Part shown: piece by piece, positions 39,501-50,531 of the stretch
Numbering within the stretch: position 1 is the stretch's first letter
Layout of the letters: every line of letters starts with the position of its first letter
DNA from: Selaginella moellendorffii
Lineage: Eukaryota > Plantae > Lycopodiophyta
DNA length: 64,000 bases
Assembly (NCBI RefSeq): GCF_000143415.4
Contig: NW_003314290.1
Coordinates: forward strand, 1,395,897-1,459,896
Direction of reading: 5' to 3'
Program-made: the position numbers and the translations under genes
Notes under the pieces: generated by a model
Database searches by the model: none
The model's input: only the letters and a program-made list of their open reading frames with translations
What the model was told of the DNA's origin: nothing

Positions 39501-40037
39501 CATGAAAGTCCTCCTTTTTAAAAACTTCGAAGAACTTACCTCTTCTTTGGCCTGTGGATAAAGAAGTTCTGGCTTGTCCCCGAGTGTAAAGAGTGCCTCC
39601 GTGCATCCCAGCTCCGCAGCGCGGCTAGCAACGCTCAAAACTTCGTCCAGAGACATATAAACCGGCTTCCCAGGCTTTGGAGCTCGAGCAAAAGCGCAGT
39701 AGCCACAGGAATCCCGGCATGCTCTCGTCAAAGGAATAAATGCCTTTGGCGAGAAAGTGATGATACTAGAGTCGGGCCTAGAGTCACGGATTGCGGCAGC
39801 GGAGGTCATGAGCAATCGGAGATCGAGGCCACCGACGTCGAGCAAGATTCTCTCATCAATCTGGGGATAGCTCTCACCTTTTGCGCAGCGCTGCACTATC
39901 AGTGCCAGAGATTCCTTGGCGGAAGAAGCCTCGCATCTGATTCTACTCCTCCTCGTCGAAATGCTGGTGGCAGCAATGCTGGCAAGATGGAGGTAGCCTG
40001 GATTCCGATGGCGCAGCGCCTGGCACACGTCTAACAT
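36509..40037 (-). CDS. fbiC: Bifunctional FO synthase (7,8-didemethyl-8-hydroxy-5-deazariboflavin synthase; CofG-CofH fusion, FbiC-type), multi-exon
   Basis: CofG half: [76 protein letters not shown]. CofH half: [80 protein letters not shown]. Confidence 0.95.
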
Positions 40038-43000
40038 TGCTTGATCGAGCGAGTGTTAACCCAAGTTACAGTGCTTTTTCTTGGTTCCCATCACATGCAT
40101 TTTTAATAAAAGGTAGGTGTTTAAAGTGTCACTTCAACAACTGTGAAGTAATAGTTAAGCCCCCATGTGATTGAGCTTGACACAAACCACAAAAATATTT
40201 TGAGGATATTTTATAGTATATTTGACGATGACAATGCTCATTAGCCAATCTTTTGTCTTGATTTTGAGTTTGTCTTATGTTCAACTTTGCCAACCCTAGC
40301 TTGTTTTGCATATCCTCCAGGAAATCATAAGCATGAAATACTCAAACCAAACCCAAACTCAAACTCACAAGAGACTTAGGTTTATAATAGTACATTGGCA
40401 TAAATGAAAATATATTAATTGCCAATTGATGAACACTATTGTGAGTAAATTGAAGCAAAGGCAAGTACTTCTCCCATGCTCCCTATCTAGTTAAGTTTTC
40501 TACAAAAGACTTTAGCATATTTTCCAATAAGTGATTCATATGCTCTGACTGCCTATATGAATGTGGATGCTCACCACTACTCATGCTCAGGTTAGTCTCT
40601 AGCTTCTCAAATACCATTTGCTAAAACCTGGATGTGAATTTGGGATCCCAATCATTCACAATATCATATGGCAAACCATAAAGATTGAATAACTAGTTTA
40701 CTAAGCAAGTTCAAAAGTTTTAATAGTCATCTTCATTGGGAAGAAGTGAGCCATCTTTGTCAAATGATCCATAATAACCTAAATAACATTATTTCCTTGC
40801 AAAATCTTAGGTAAATCAATGATAAAGTTCATTAAAATGTTATTTTATTTATTCTTGGGTACACATAGAGGATGATAGAGGCTAATGAGCTTCTGATGAT
40901 CAACTTTACTGTTGGCAAGTCAAACAATCACGTATATACTTCTCAACATTTGATTTTATCCAAAGCAAAAAAAAAAAATGCCTCTTCACCAACATATACA
41001 TTTTTAGTACCCTCAGATGACACTTGGCACATCATAACATTCAACCAAAATCTATTTGATGAATTTGTTAATACAAAGAACCACCACACATCCCTTCTTC
41101 GCTAGAATTTCATTTTATGTCTCAAATGATACAAATTTGTCACCCTTCAAATCTATAGAGGTGTGTCTTAACAAAACCTTTGTGTGAAATATCAATAATA
41201 AAGGAGTTGAAGTCAACAAACTTCTTAAGTTCATCCAAGAGATTGTTGGATACCTTCATGAATGAAATAGAATTTTACTATCCTGAATAATACATCTGCC
41301 ACTTTATTGTCACCTCCGTGCTTGTACTGAATCTTAATAGACATTTCTTGCAGGAACTTTTACCAACGAGCAAGGTAACCTCAAAAATCCTTTTGCCAAC
41401 TGAAATACTAGAGAAATTAATGATTTGAATCCACATGGAAGTGCGATCCATATAAATAATAAAGCCATTCCTTCACAGCATACAACTCCTTATCTCGAGT
41501 AAGTTAATTCTGCTGTGTAGCATCAAACTTATGGCTCATATATGCAAAAGGATGCCCAACTTGAAGCAATACAACTCTAATAGCAATATCACTTGCATCT
41601 ATCTCGACCACAAAAAGTTTCTTAGGAATAAAAATTTTAATACAATATTACTTCAAATGTTGAAATGCCACTTCACACTTCTCATCCCAATTATGAATAG
41701 TAGTATATTTGAACTTGTTTTGGAGAAGATGGGTCAAGAGGGCTGTTATCTCTAAAAAGTCCTTCACAAATCATTGAAAAACTTTAGCCATATCAAGGAA
41801 TCTACAAAGATCGTGCACTATTGAAAGTATAAGCCAATTATCCACGACCTGAATCTTTATGGATCAGCTCTCACTCTATGTATGGAAATCAAATGCTCGA
41901 AATATCCAATTTGCTCCAAGAAAAACTCACACTTTAATAACTTCGAGTAGAGTTTGTTGTCCCTCAAAAGTTGCAAAATACTTCACACATACATCTCATG
42001 TTCCTCCATTGAAGAGATGAATACTAGAATATCATCAAAATAATCAATTGCAAACTTTCCCAATAAGGCTGTAGAACTTGATTCATCAATCTCTGAAAAG
42101 TTACACAAGCATTTGTCAAACCAAATGGCATCACTAAAAACTCATAGTAACCCATTCTTGTCCGAAATGCAATTTTTGGATCCTTTGGCTTGACATAAAT
42201 TTGATGATACTCTTACCTCAAATCAATCTTCAAAAAATATCAAGCATCATGAAGACGATCGAACAAATCATTGATATAAGGGATTGGGAATATATTCTTC
42301 ACCGTCCTATCATTCAATTCCTTTTAGTTCACATAAAGACACCATATACCATCTTTCTTTTTGACCATCACCACTGGAGCAACCCAAGAAGACATACTGA
42401 TCTGTAACTACCCTTTCCAAAGGTATTCAGCAAGCTACTTATTAATCTCCTCATCTTTAGCGGGATTAGTATGAGTTGGTTGTTGCTGATAAGGAGTAGT
42501 TTTAGGAACCAAGTCAATCTCATGCTGAATTTCACGTTTTTGAGGCAAACCATTAGGCAATTTATTTGGAAATACATCACGGAACTCCTCCTGAATGAAA
42601 TCCACCCAAGCCCTAGACCCACAAATGTACTCCAAATCAGATATGATCATATTAGAAAAAAATGGGTACACTACAAAAGAATTAGCTATCTCATATGTGG
42701 AAGTCACCAACTCCAAAGCATTAATCAATGGAATATTACTATTGTCTATCTTAATAATCTTTTTCACAGTGCCACCAACTTTAATATCTAGGATATTATA
42801 CTCTCAATTGATTCTTAGCTTCCTATCATAAAACCATTCCTTCCCAAAAATAACATTTTTACGACCAAGATCCATAATTTGGAACGAATGATGGTCAAGA
42901 ATCCCTTGAACCATCAAAGGAACACTCAGAGCCCATTTACCATAAACATAAGTGCTATGACCATCTACCATAACCACCTCATAGATTACTAAACTTTTTT

Positions 43001-43111
43001 CCATAGGCAAACCAAGTTTCTTCACCACTTTGGAGCTCAAAAAGTTGTGAAAAAAAGTCAAATAGTTGACTATTGACTAACAACTTTTATTGAGCCAAGG
43101 GGAACCAACAC

Positions 43112-43431
43112 CTCCATTTCTGCACTGAATCTATCAATCTTTCCATTGTGTAGACCAGCTATCCATGTAGTCATCCACTTGTACCGCAGTCCCACGGTGG
43201 ATACCTTTGTCTGGGATGCTCCACAAAAGAAAGGACATAAGCATGGATGCCCAATATGTATGATTTTCAAACTCCATTTCCGCACTGAATCTATCAATCC
43301 TTCCATTGTGTAGACCAGCTATCCATGTAGTCATCCACCTGTACCGCAGTCCCATGGTGGATACCTTCATCTGGGATGCTCTACAAAAGGAAGGACGTAA
43401 GCATGGATGCCCAATATGTATGATTTTCAAA
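43112..43431. repeat. 160-bp tandem duplication, 2 copies, inside the gypsy element
   Basis: ctccatttc(t/c)gcactgaatctatcaatc...atatgtatgattttcaaa starts at 43112 and again at 43272. Confidence 0.9.
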
Positions 43432-43881
43432 TTTAAGGGTAGGAATATACCTTGCTCAAGGGTATATTATATTTTAAGTAGCCATTAATCTATGGAAATC
43501 AAACCCATGCCATTTACTCCGATACCAACTATAGCACACCCTATCTCTTTCCCCTTAAGCCAACTGGAAAAAGGGCAATTGCTTAATGAAAGAGCCCTTA
43601 GTGGCTATTTTATCCTCATTTATCCCCCAAGGTTCCAAGGATCCATGGTGACAGTATATCCAAATTTCATCCCTTGATCACATGCACTATAGTGGAAGAG
43701 CCACCATAGCAAATGCTTAATTTGTATTCATGATAAATTCCACTATATTCACCTTAGCATTTTTTAATCCCTTCACAAGAGGATAATCCTTACCGTGATG
43801 TTTAGCCTTATGACAACAAAAACAATTACCCTCCACTTTGTCTTTCTCACGCTGATCCAAACGCACATGGAACAATAGATG

Positions 43882-44076
43882 TGTAAGCTCCTGAATTTGG
43901 ACTTCCCGGGAGGTCACCCAGCCCAGTACTATTCAAACCCAAGGACGCTTAACTCCAACTATCCCAAAACCCTTAACCGATTGAAAAAGGGGGTGCATTC
44001 TTATTCATGGGCCCTTTCCCTCTATATTTGAACCCCTATGGATCGTCTCTCGAGTCGTTCCCTTTGGTTGCTTACA
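43882..44076 (-). mobile_element. Cassandra-like TRIM solo LTR carrying a 5S rRNA-derived segment
   Basis: 195 bp with TGTAAGC...GCTTACA termini and a perfect 5-bp TSD AGATG (43877-43881 and 44077-44081). Internal 5S-like AGTTAAGCGTCCTTGGG..TAGTACTGGGCTGGGTGACCTCCCGGGAAGTCC at 43899-43954. Confidence 0.85.
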
Positions 44077-45350
44077 AGATGTTTCTTCCCTGAAGATGAA
44101 GTTTTGGTAAGTTGGTCATCAATTTCTTAGTTGGCTTCAGTCTTATTGATAATAATGTTTTGCCACTCACTTGACAGAAAGATCACTTGCACAAATACCC
44201 TGTAGACCATCCTATTGACCAGAGTTGATTGATAGTTTCGGTGAAAAGATCTAAGCCTTGGTGATAGCATTAATCAATGTGGCTGGAAAATCCTTCTTGA
44301 CCTTGTATTGTACATCCATAGAACTCAAACTTTTGATGAAACATTGCACCTTAGCAACTCATTATAAATGTCTATAAGACTAAGGCAAAGATCATGAAAC
44401 TTGCAGGCATACACATCCAAAGACAAAGTCCCCTATTGAATCTCTAACAGCTAGTTTATGAGATCAGCCTCTTCAAACTTCTTGACAAACGAAGCATAGA
44501 AAACCTTCATCAAATCAGTCCAAGAAGTTAGCTTTGGATTAACTTTGATGTAATTTTTCCATCATGAAGAAGTATGGCCAGTAAGTTTCTTTATAAAAAA
44601 ATCAATCTTCACCTTATCCTCACAAGGATTGTAAGACGAACAACTTTCCCACAATTCTAACCAAGAATCAACCTCCTGACTATCATAAATATTCAGTGAT
44701 GACTTTCATTCCACGATACTATAATCTTTGGCATGCTTAACATACCAATGGTAATCATGGATATGAGATTGATTAACCTCTTTAATGTCATTTTGAACCT
44801 CAGAAATCTTGTGGCAAGGCAACATTATCAAGAGTTTTTTATGGCCATTATCATTAATGCCATACTCATCAGGATCAATATCTTGCTCACCTGCCATCCC
44901 CACAAGAACATGTGTCACCAGGTTGTAATGCTTTAAGGGTTGGGAGGTTGGCCTAGGGTTTTCTCTTTTGTTTGTTTCATTGGTAGTAGAGCAGAGGTTT
45001 TCCTTAAGTTGTCAGATGCATAATAGTTTCTAAAAAGAGGTGGTAGTGCTAAGTTGTCTTTATGGTATTGTGAGCCTTGGACAATTTTATAGCATATAAG
45101 GGATCTTTGGAATTGCTAGCTAGTTCAAAGATTCATCTAATGTTCCATGTGAGCAAGCTTAAATGTTTGCACTTTAGCGATGTTGTGGATCAATCCATTT
45201 GGCGATGTTGTGGATGATGGTCATGAGGGAGGGGAAAATGACATGAACCATAAAAGTATTCCAAGAATATCCATGGTATGTGGGATTTAAGGCTATAATG
45301 CCTTAAGGGTTGGGAGGTTGGTCTAGCATTTGCTCTCTTGTTCGTTTTAG

Positions 45351-45873
45351 AGCTCACCCATGTTCAAGCACAAGGGAATTGCCTGTCCGAATCCAGACTC
45401 AACAATTACAACATAATAAAGGGTGTGTGCTTGGGAGGGGTTGTGTGGCTACTTGCAACATCACACTCCTTGCTTGCCACCACAATGCACATTGGGATGG
45501 ATCCTGGTGAAGGCCAAGAGACTTGGTCAGACCTAAGGTTGAGATCTTTGCATGTGATGGTGGTGGGCTAATTGGCAATTAATCCTCTTGATGTGGTGGT
45601 GTGTACCTTTGGTAGAGGACTGCACACCCATTGTTATGGTGCAACACATATGCTTGTGCTGAGTCTTGGCCAATGCCTTGGTAGAATCAGGAGATTCAAA
45701 TGACCAACATGTATAGTGTGCCACAGCTCAAGCTAACCTCTCACTTTTGTAGTGTTTTGGGGCAGTAGGGGTGTTCACACCCCCTTCTAAGCACACACCC
45801 CTTGTTGTGCTGTAATTGTTGAGTCTGGATCTAGGTGGGCAAAATTCCCTCATGCTTGAACGTTGGGTGAGTT
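45351..45873. mobile_element. MITE / foldback-like element with ~95-bp imperfect terminal inverted repeats
   Basis: 45351-45445 (ctcacccatgttcaagca..atccagactcaacaattaca..gggtgtgtgctt) is the reverse complement of 45776-45873. Confidence 0.7.
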
Positions 45874-46188
45874 CAGTCGCATGGGGGCTTAATTAATGCT
45901 TCACAACCTCTACCCTTTGTTAAAAAGGCATGTGATGGGGGTAACAAGAAGTCATATGCTCTATGAATGACCGTTTGGAATCTCAGGCAAGATATGTATT
46001 TCTGCTTGGCAAAAGGATCAATCACTCCATAGTATGGTAAAGTTTTCTCCTCTTGTGTTGTCCCTGATGGGTGATGGCTCCATTTACTTATGATGCTGAA
46101 TGAATTGATGACCACCAAGTTCAGATCCAAGTGGGCAATTCCCTTGTAAAGGTTAAAACCCTAAAATGAGGGAACTGGAACCCCAAGT

Positions 46189-47168
46189 TTATTTAATTGT
46201 AATTGGAGGTGCCAAATAACCTCTTCTGTCAAGGAACGTAATCACTGTGGTGGCCATTTCGTCTGGAGTGCCATTCTCAACTCCCATTGTAATCTAGGCA
46301 GAGATATAACATTAAAAATGCTGCTGAAAACCTCAAGAGTTAATCTACCTCGCAGTCGAGAGGCTCCTCATATGGATCATCTATACCAGTAAAACCTGTG
46401 AATCCAACTGTGATGCCAGCAATCTTAAAGTAAAAGAAAACTGACCTTTGATTTTCCCGGCACGAGCAAGCTTGTAAAGTCCCTTGGGATCTCTTTTTTC
46501 GCAAATGCTCAATGGAACTTTGAGGTAAACCTCCTCAAATGAAGAAACTACTTTAGGAAATAGTTCGTAGAACAAAACTGTATACCTCAATGAAATCTCC
46601 AGGAGGAAGTAGCTCGCGACATAAATTTCTGTCGTTTCTATACGGTGAAATGAAGCTCGCAATGCATATTAGCCCTGCATCCGCAAATAGCTTGGCCACT
46701 TCACCTAGAAAAAAAATTTAAATTAAAGGGATTATCCACATAAGCTAAGAACACAATTTAGAACTAAAGAGCTTAAAAACTAAGAGGAACAAGATCAAGA
46801 TCAGAGAATTATAAGTCTCACCAACACGTCTAATGTTTTCAGCACGATCTTTAGTGCTAAAGTCCAAGTTTTTGTTGAGCCCATGGCGAAGATTATCACC
46901 ATCGAGGACATAGCTGAGCTTGTTCCGGCTCAACAGTGCGTGATCAAGCTTGCAAGCCAAAGTACTCTTTCCTGAGAAAAAGATTTCAAGCAATCATATA
47001 AAAAAACAACAGAAAAACCAATAGAACTTTGATTTTACCTGAGCCACTGAGACCTGTGAGCCAAATTACACATCCCTTTTGCCCTAGTGCTATTTCCCGC
47101 TCTTGTTTCTTCACCACGCTCTTGTGCCAAAAGATTTTCGGGGAGGACAACAACTTTAGCGAGTCCAT
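46189..47168 (-). CDS. APK: Adenylyl-sulfate (APS) kinase, probably cytosolic type
   Basis: [52 protein letters not shown] and FTGIDDPYE. Confidence 0.94.
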
Positions 47169-47828
47169 TACCAGTGAAAAATAGAAATATAATATAAAAA
47201 ATAAGTCTTTCATACGTATATATAGCTTTCCACATTTAAAGACCAACTTCTTTAAGAAGATTAGGGTTCAACTTTTTGGGGCATTGAATTGGATGGACAT
47301 TGCCAAAAAGAAAAGTATGCACAGGATCAAATCTCGCCCACGTAGCTCTCATGGCTTTTGGATGAAGAGAGTGAGGACCACTCCAACCAAATTCATCGCC
47401 CTGCGTGAAGGGATCTCTCGCATATACACGACAAATGCTCTACTTTTTCCCAGCAAACCCAGCACATCTTGCGATTAAACAAGGTCTGTGCGTTAGCGTG
47501 TATAGTGTCGTGGGTGAGGACAAAGACGCTCTTTTGAGGGTGGAAGCTCGCTCTCCAGTAGCTTTGCAGCTTTTTCGTTTAAATGCTGGCCACTGGGGCC
47601 TCTGGTGTGTTAATTCTCGAAAAGGAGGAAAGAGGCAGCTATCAATCACGGCCCATGCCTGGAGAGCGCTAGAAATCGCGCGAGCGAGCGAGTTTGGTGC
47701 ATCATGTCTTGGCTGTGATCCTAAAATTCCTGGCTCATGGCCGCGATGGAGTGTTTAGATTTCTCCTTCTAGCGTTGTGGAGTTTGGAGGGAAGGATCCT
47801 TCCTATCAGTGGAGTACCAAATTGGATC

Positions 47829-49097
47829 ATGATCCGGGTAGAGGACGGCAAGGAGTGTCCGCCAAGCAAGCGCCCCCGGCCAGATCGTCAAGGATCGTCA
47901 CCAATTCTGGATCCCCTGCTTCCAGGCCTCCCGGATGATCTAGCGCTGCTGTGCCTGGCTCGGGTCGATCGAATCTCCGCGCTGTGGGGAGTGGCGAGGT
48001 CCTGGCAGCGCCGCCTGTACGATTGCCCTTTCTTCTTCCCCGCTCGCGCGAAGCTGGGGCTGCCGGGCGGATTTAACTGGCTCTACGTTCTCATCGCGTC
48101 CAAGAACACCAATAACAGCTTGGATTTGGATGATCATCGCACCGGAGGCGCCGCCGCCTTCCAGTGGTACGCTTTCGATCCTTTGGCGGCCAAATGGCAT
48201 CGCCTCCCTCCCATGCCACACGACGTGAGATTTGAGCTCTCGCGCCGTGGATTCTTGCCGGGCCCTTATTCGCTCTCCTCCATCCAATGCGCCAGCACTA
48301 GCGACAAACTCATCGTTGTCGCCGGGACACGTACCGCCGGCGCCGGCACCCAGACAGCACCATCATCACGCGCCGCCACCGCCAGCGTACCGCGGGCGCC
48401 ACCTGGCGGTATGCCGCCGGTGGAGCCTGCGCTGGACAGCCCGCTCGTCTTCCACGTGCGCACCGCCAGCTGGAGCCGGGGCCCACGGTACACCGTCCCG
48501 CGCCGCTGGTGCAGCTGCGGCACAACCGCCGGCGGCCAGCTGCTCGTCGCCAGCGGCTGCGGAAACGAGTGGGACCTGCGTACCGCGCGGCAGGCGGAGA
48601 TGTGGGACACCAACGGCGGCGCCGTCGCGGGGTGGCGCGCGGTACAGCCGCTCGAGTCTTCCAAGCTCAGCCGCGAGGCGACGCCGGCGGTGGAGTTTGA
48701 CGGTAAGCTCTATATGGTGAGCGCGCGCAGTGGGCTGGTGTTTAATCCGGGGAGCGAGACGTGGGAGCCCATGCAGAGCGGACTGACGCGCGGATGGAAC
48801 GGGCCCGGCGTCACCTCCGGCGGTAAGCTGTTCGTCATGGATGATACCGCCGGGCGGATCAAGGCGTACGACGGCGGTACGGAGAGCTGGGTTTGCGTGC
48901 TCGAGGACAAGAGGCTCAAGAACTTGAGGAATGTGGTGGCGGCGCATGGGAAGATCTGTGGATCGGTAGGGGGATTGATCAGGGTCGTAGACATTGGGAA
49001 GAATCCGGTGGAGTTTAGGGACATTGAAATTCCTGTGGAGGGACAGATCATGGGGTTGCAAATTCTCTCCAAATTGGAGGGAAGTGTGGAATTGTGA
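47829..49097 (+). CDS. F-box/kelch-repeat protein, SKIP25/KUF1-like, intronless
   Basis: PPSKRPR, F-box LLPGLPDDLALLCL, IQCAST..KLIVVAG, PRRWC, SREA and GWNGP follow Arabidopsis At1g31350 as recalled. Confidence 0.85.
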   Translation: MIRVEDGKECPPSKRPRPDRQGSSPILDPLLPGLPDDLALLCLARVDRISALWGVARSWQRRLYDCPFFFPARAKLGLPGGFNWLYVLIASKNTNNSLDLDDHRTGGAAAFQWYAFDPLAAKWHRLPPMPHDVRFELSRRGFLPGPYSLSSIQCASTSDKLIVVAGTRTAGAGTQTAPSSRAATASVPRAPPGGMPPVEPALDSPLVFHVRTASWSRGPRYTVPRRWCSCGTTAGGQLLVASGCGNEWDLRTARQAEMWDTNGGAVAGWRAVQPLESSKLSREATPAVEFDGKLYMVSARSGLVFNPGSETWEPMQSGLTRGWNGPGVTSGGKLFVMDDTAGRIKAYDGGTESWVCVLEDKRLKNLRNVVAAHGKICGSVGGLIRVVDIGKNPVEFRDIEIPVEGQIMGLQILSKLEGSVEL

Positions 49098-49364
49098 TGA
49101 GATTGTCTTTGAATTTTTGCGATGACATCTGTCTTTGATTTTTTGCGACTTTCCAACCATGGAATCTGGTACCTTGGCTCAATTATTTTCAAATCAGCAG
49201 TGCCCTTTAGAGGCAAATGTTCCAAGCACAAAAGAAGACTATCATCGCATCTATGGGATCTTATAAGATTCAAGTGTGGGAACTTTTTTTTTAAGAGAAA
49301 AAAGTTACAAACAAAAATTGTTTTGGAACTCCGTTACAATCACTTAATAGTGACTCTATTTTTA

Positions 49365-49727
49365 CTATGCGGGAGTGGAAGATCGATCGGGGATTTCTTC
49401 CAGAGAGTGCCACCAGCATCCGGAAGAGACCGCCGGCATTTGCGAGTGCTCGCATCGCTCCTCGCGGAGCTTGGCGTGATCGGCCTGTTGGGCGCTCGAT
49501 TTCCCACTGGGGGCGTAGAATCCGGTCGCTGGATCGGGAACCCACCACGATTTGATCGAGGGCTCCTTGCTCGTCTCCGCCGCCGCCGTCCCGATTGATC
49601 TCGTCAAGAACATTCTAAAAAATCGAAAGAAATGAGGCAAAAACATCGAAGAAAAAGCCAAAACTTACATCGATCTTCCCTGCGATGATGAGGCGATCGA
49701 TCTCTTAGCTACGATTGCCGCCGCCAT
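49365..49727 (-). CDS. LEA_3 family protein (LEA5/SAG21-like), 2 exons
   Basis: Diagnostic W-motif WVPDPATGFYAP and a short Ala/Ser/Arg-rich targeting-like N-terminus. Confidence 0.85.
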
Positions 49728-49885
49728 GGCTAGCTAGAGATTGGGGAAGAAAAAAAATCTCTCGAGCTACCGAAAACTGTGAGACAAGGCCGCCTCTTTA
49801 GGCTCTTTAAAAATAGCAGTGTCTGGGAGCGGAATATTCCGCCGCGTCGACAGCCGTGAGCGAACTGTGTACGCCGCCGTCAGTG

Positions 49886-49984
49886 AGCACGTGGAGTCGG
49901 CACTAGGTATAGGGCTACCGCCAGATTCAGCGCGTGAGCGCTCCGCTAGATTTGGCGGCATACCTGTGCATGCTGCCACGCGTT
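49886..49984 (-). promoter_or_regulatory. G-box/ABRE and CE3-like elements upstream of the LEA_3 gene
   Basis: cacgtgg at 49888 and gccacgcgt at about 49974, 160-250 nt upstream of the LEA ATG. Confidence 0.45.
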
Positions 49985-50531
49985 TGGCGGCATCGTTAAA
50001 CCCCGTTAATAAACCTTTGTCTTTAGCTAAACCCCATGCCAGTTTTTAGGGTTCTTCGATTCGCGCATTTCTGGCGAGATGATCGTTCTAGGGAGCTAGC
50101 TTGGGGCGGCGAGCGCATGATCTTTGCTTGGATTTCTGGTGGAGAGATCTTTCGTTTCTCTCATGTGTCATCGCGAGCGGATGCTTCGGGGAGCGAAAGC
50201 CCCCAAACGCGCCCCAAGGCCGCTGCCGCTGCTCATCGAGGCGGTGCGATTCATCGGTCATGAGCGCTGGGATTTGGAGGAGTATCCTCAGCTGAGCTGA
50301 TCCAGGAAGGAGAGGGGGAAGGATTTTCATCCACCGCCAGGTCGGTTGTCCCGGAGATCTTGCTCGAAATTTCGAGCGGCGACAGCGGCAGCGGAAGGGC
50401 CTCGCTCGAAATTTCGAGCGGCGACAGCGGCATCGGAAGAGCCTCGCTCGAAATCGAGCGGCGGCCAGCGGCATCGGCCAGATCTTCCTCGAAATCTCGA
50501 GAATCTTGCTCGGAATTTCGAGCGATCGGCC

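Larger units (their letters stand above)
40130..44950 (-). mobile_element. Degenerate Ty3/gypsy LTR retrotransposon internal region (gag, protease, RT, RNase H, integrase; many stops)
   Basis: Gag knuckle relic CFCCHKAKHHGKDYP, HNFLSSKVVKKLGL (protease region), [31 protein letters not shown] at about 42030, then RNase H and integrase remnants in gypsy order. Boundaries are approximate and no LTR pair was recognised. Confidence 0.88.

Noticed and set aside
36509-40037. Bacterial contamination or very recent HGT as the source of FO synthase
   Set aside because: It has many host-sized spliceosomal introns, a targeting-like peptide and contiguous plant neighbours.
43899-43954. Functional 5S rRNA gene
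   Set aside because: Only about 56 nt of the ~120-nt gene are present, inside an LTR-like unit with TSDs.
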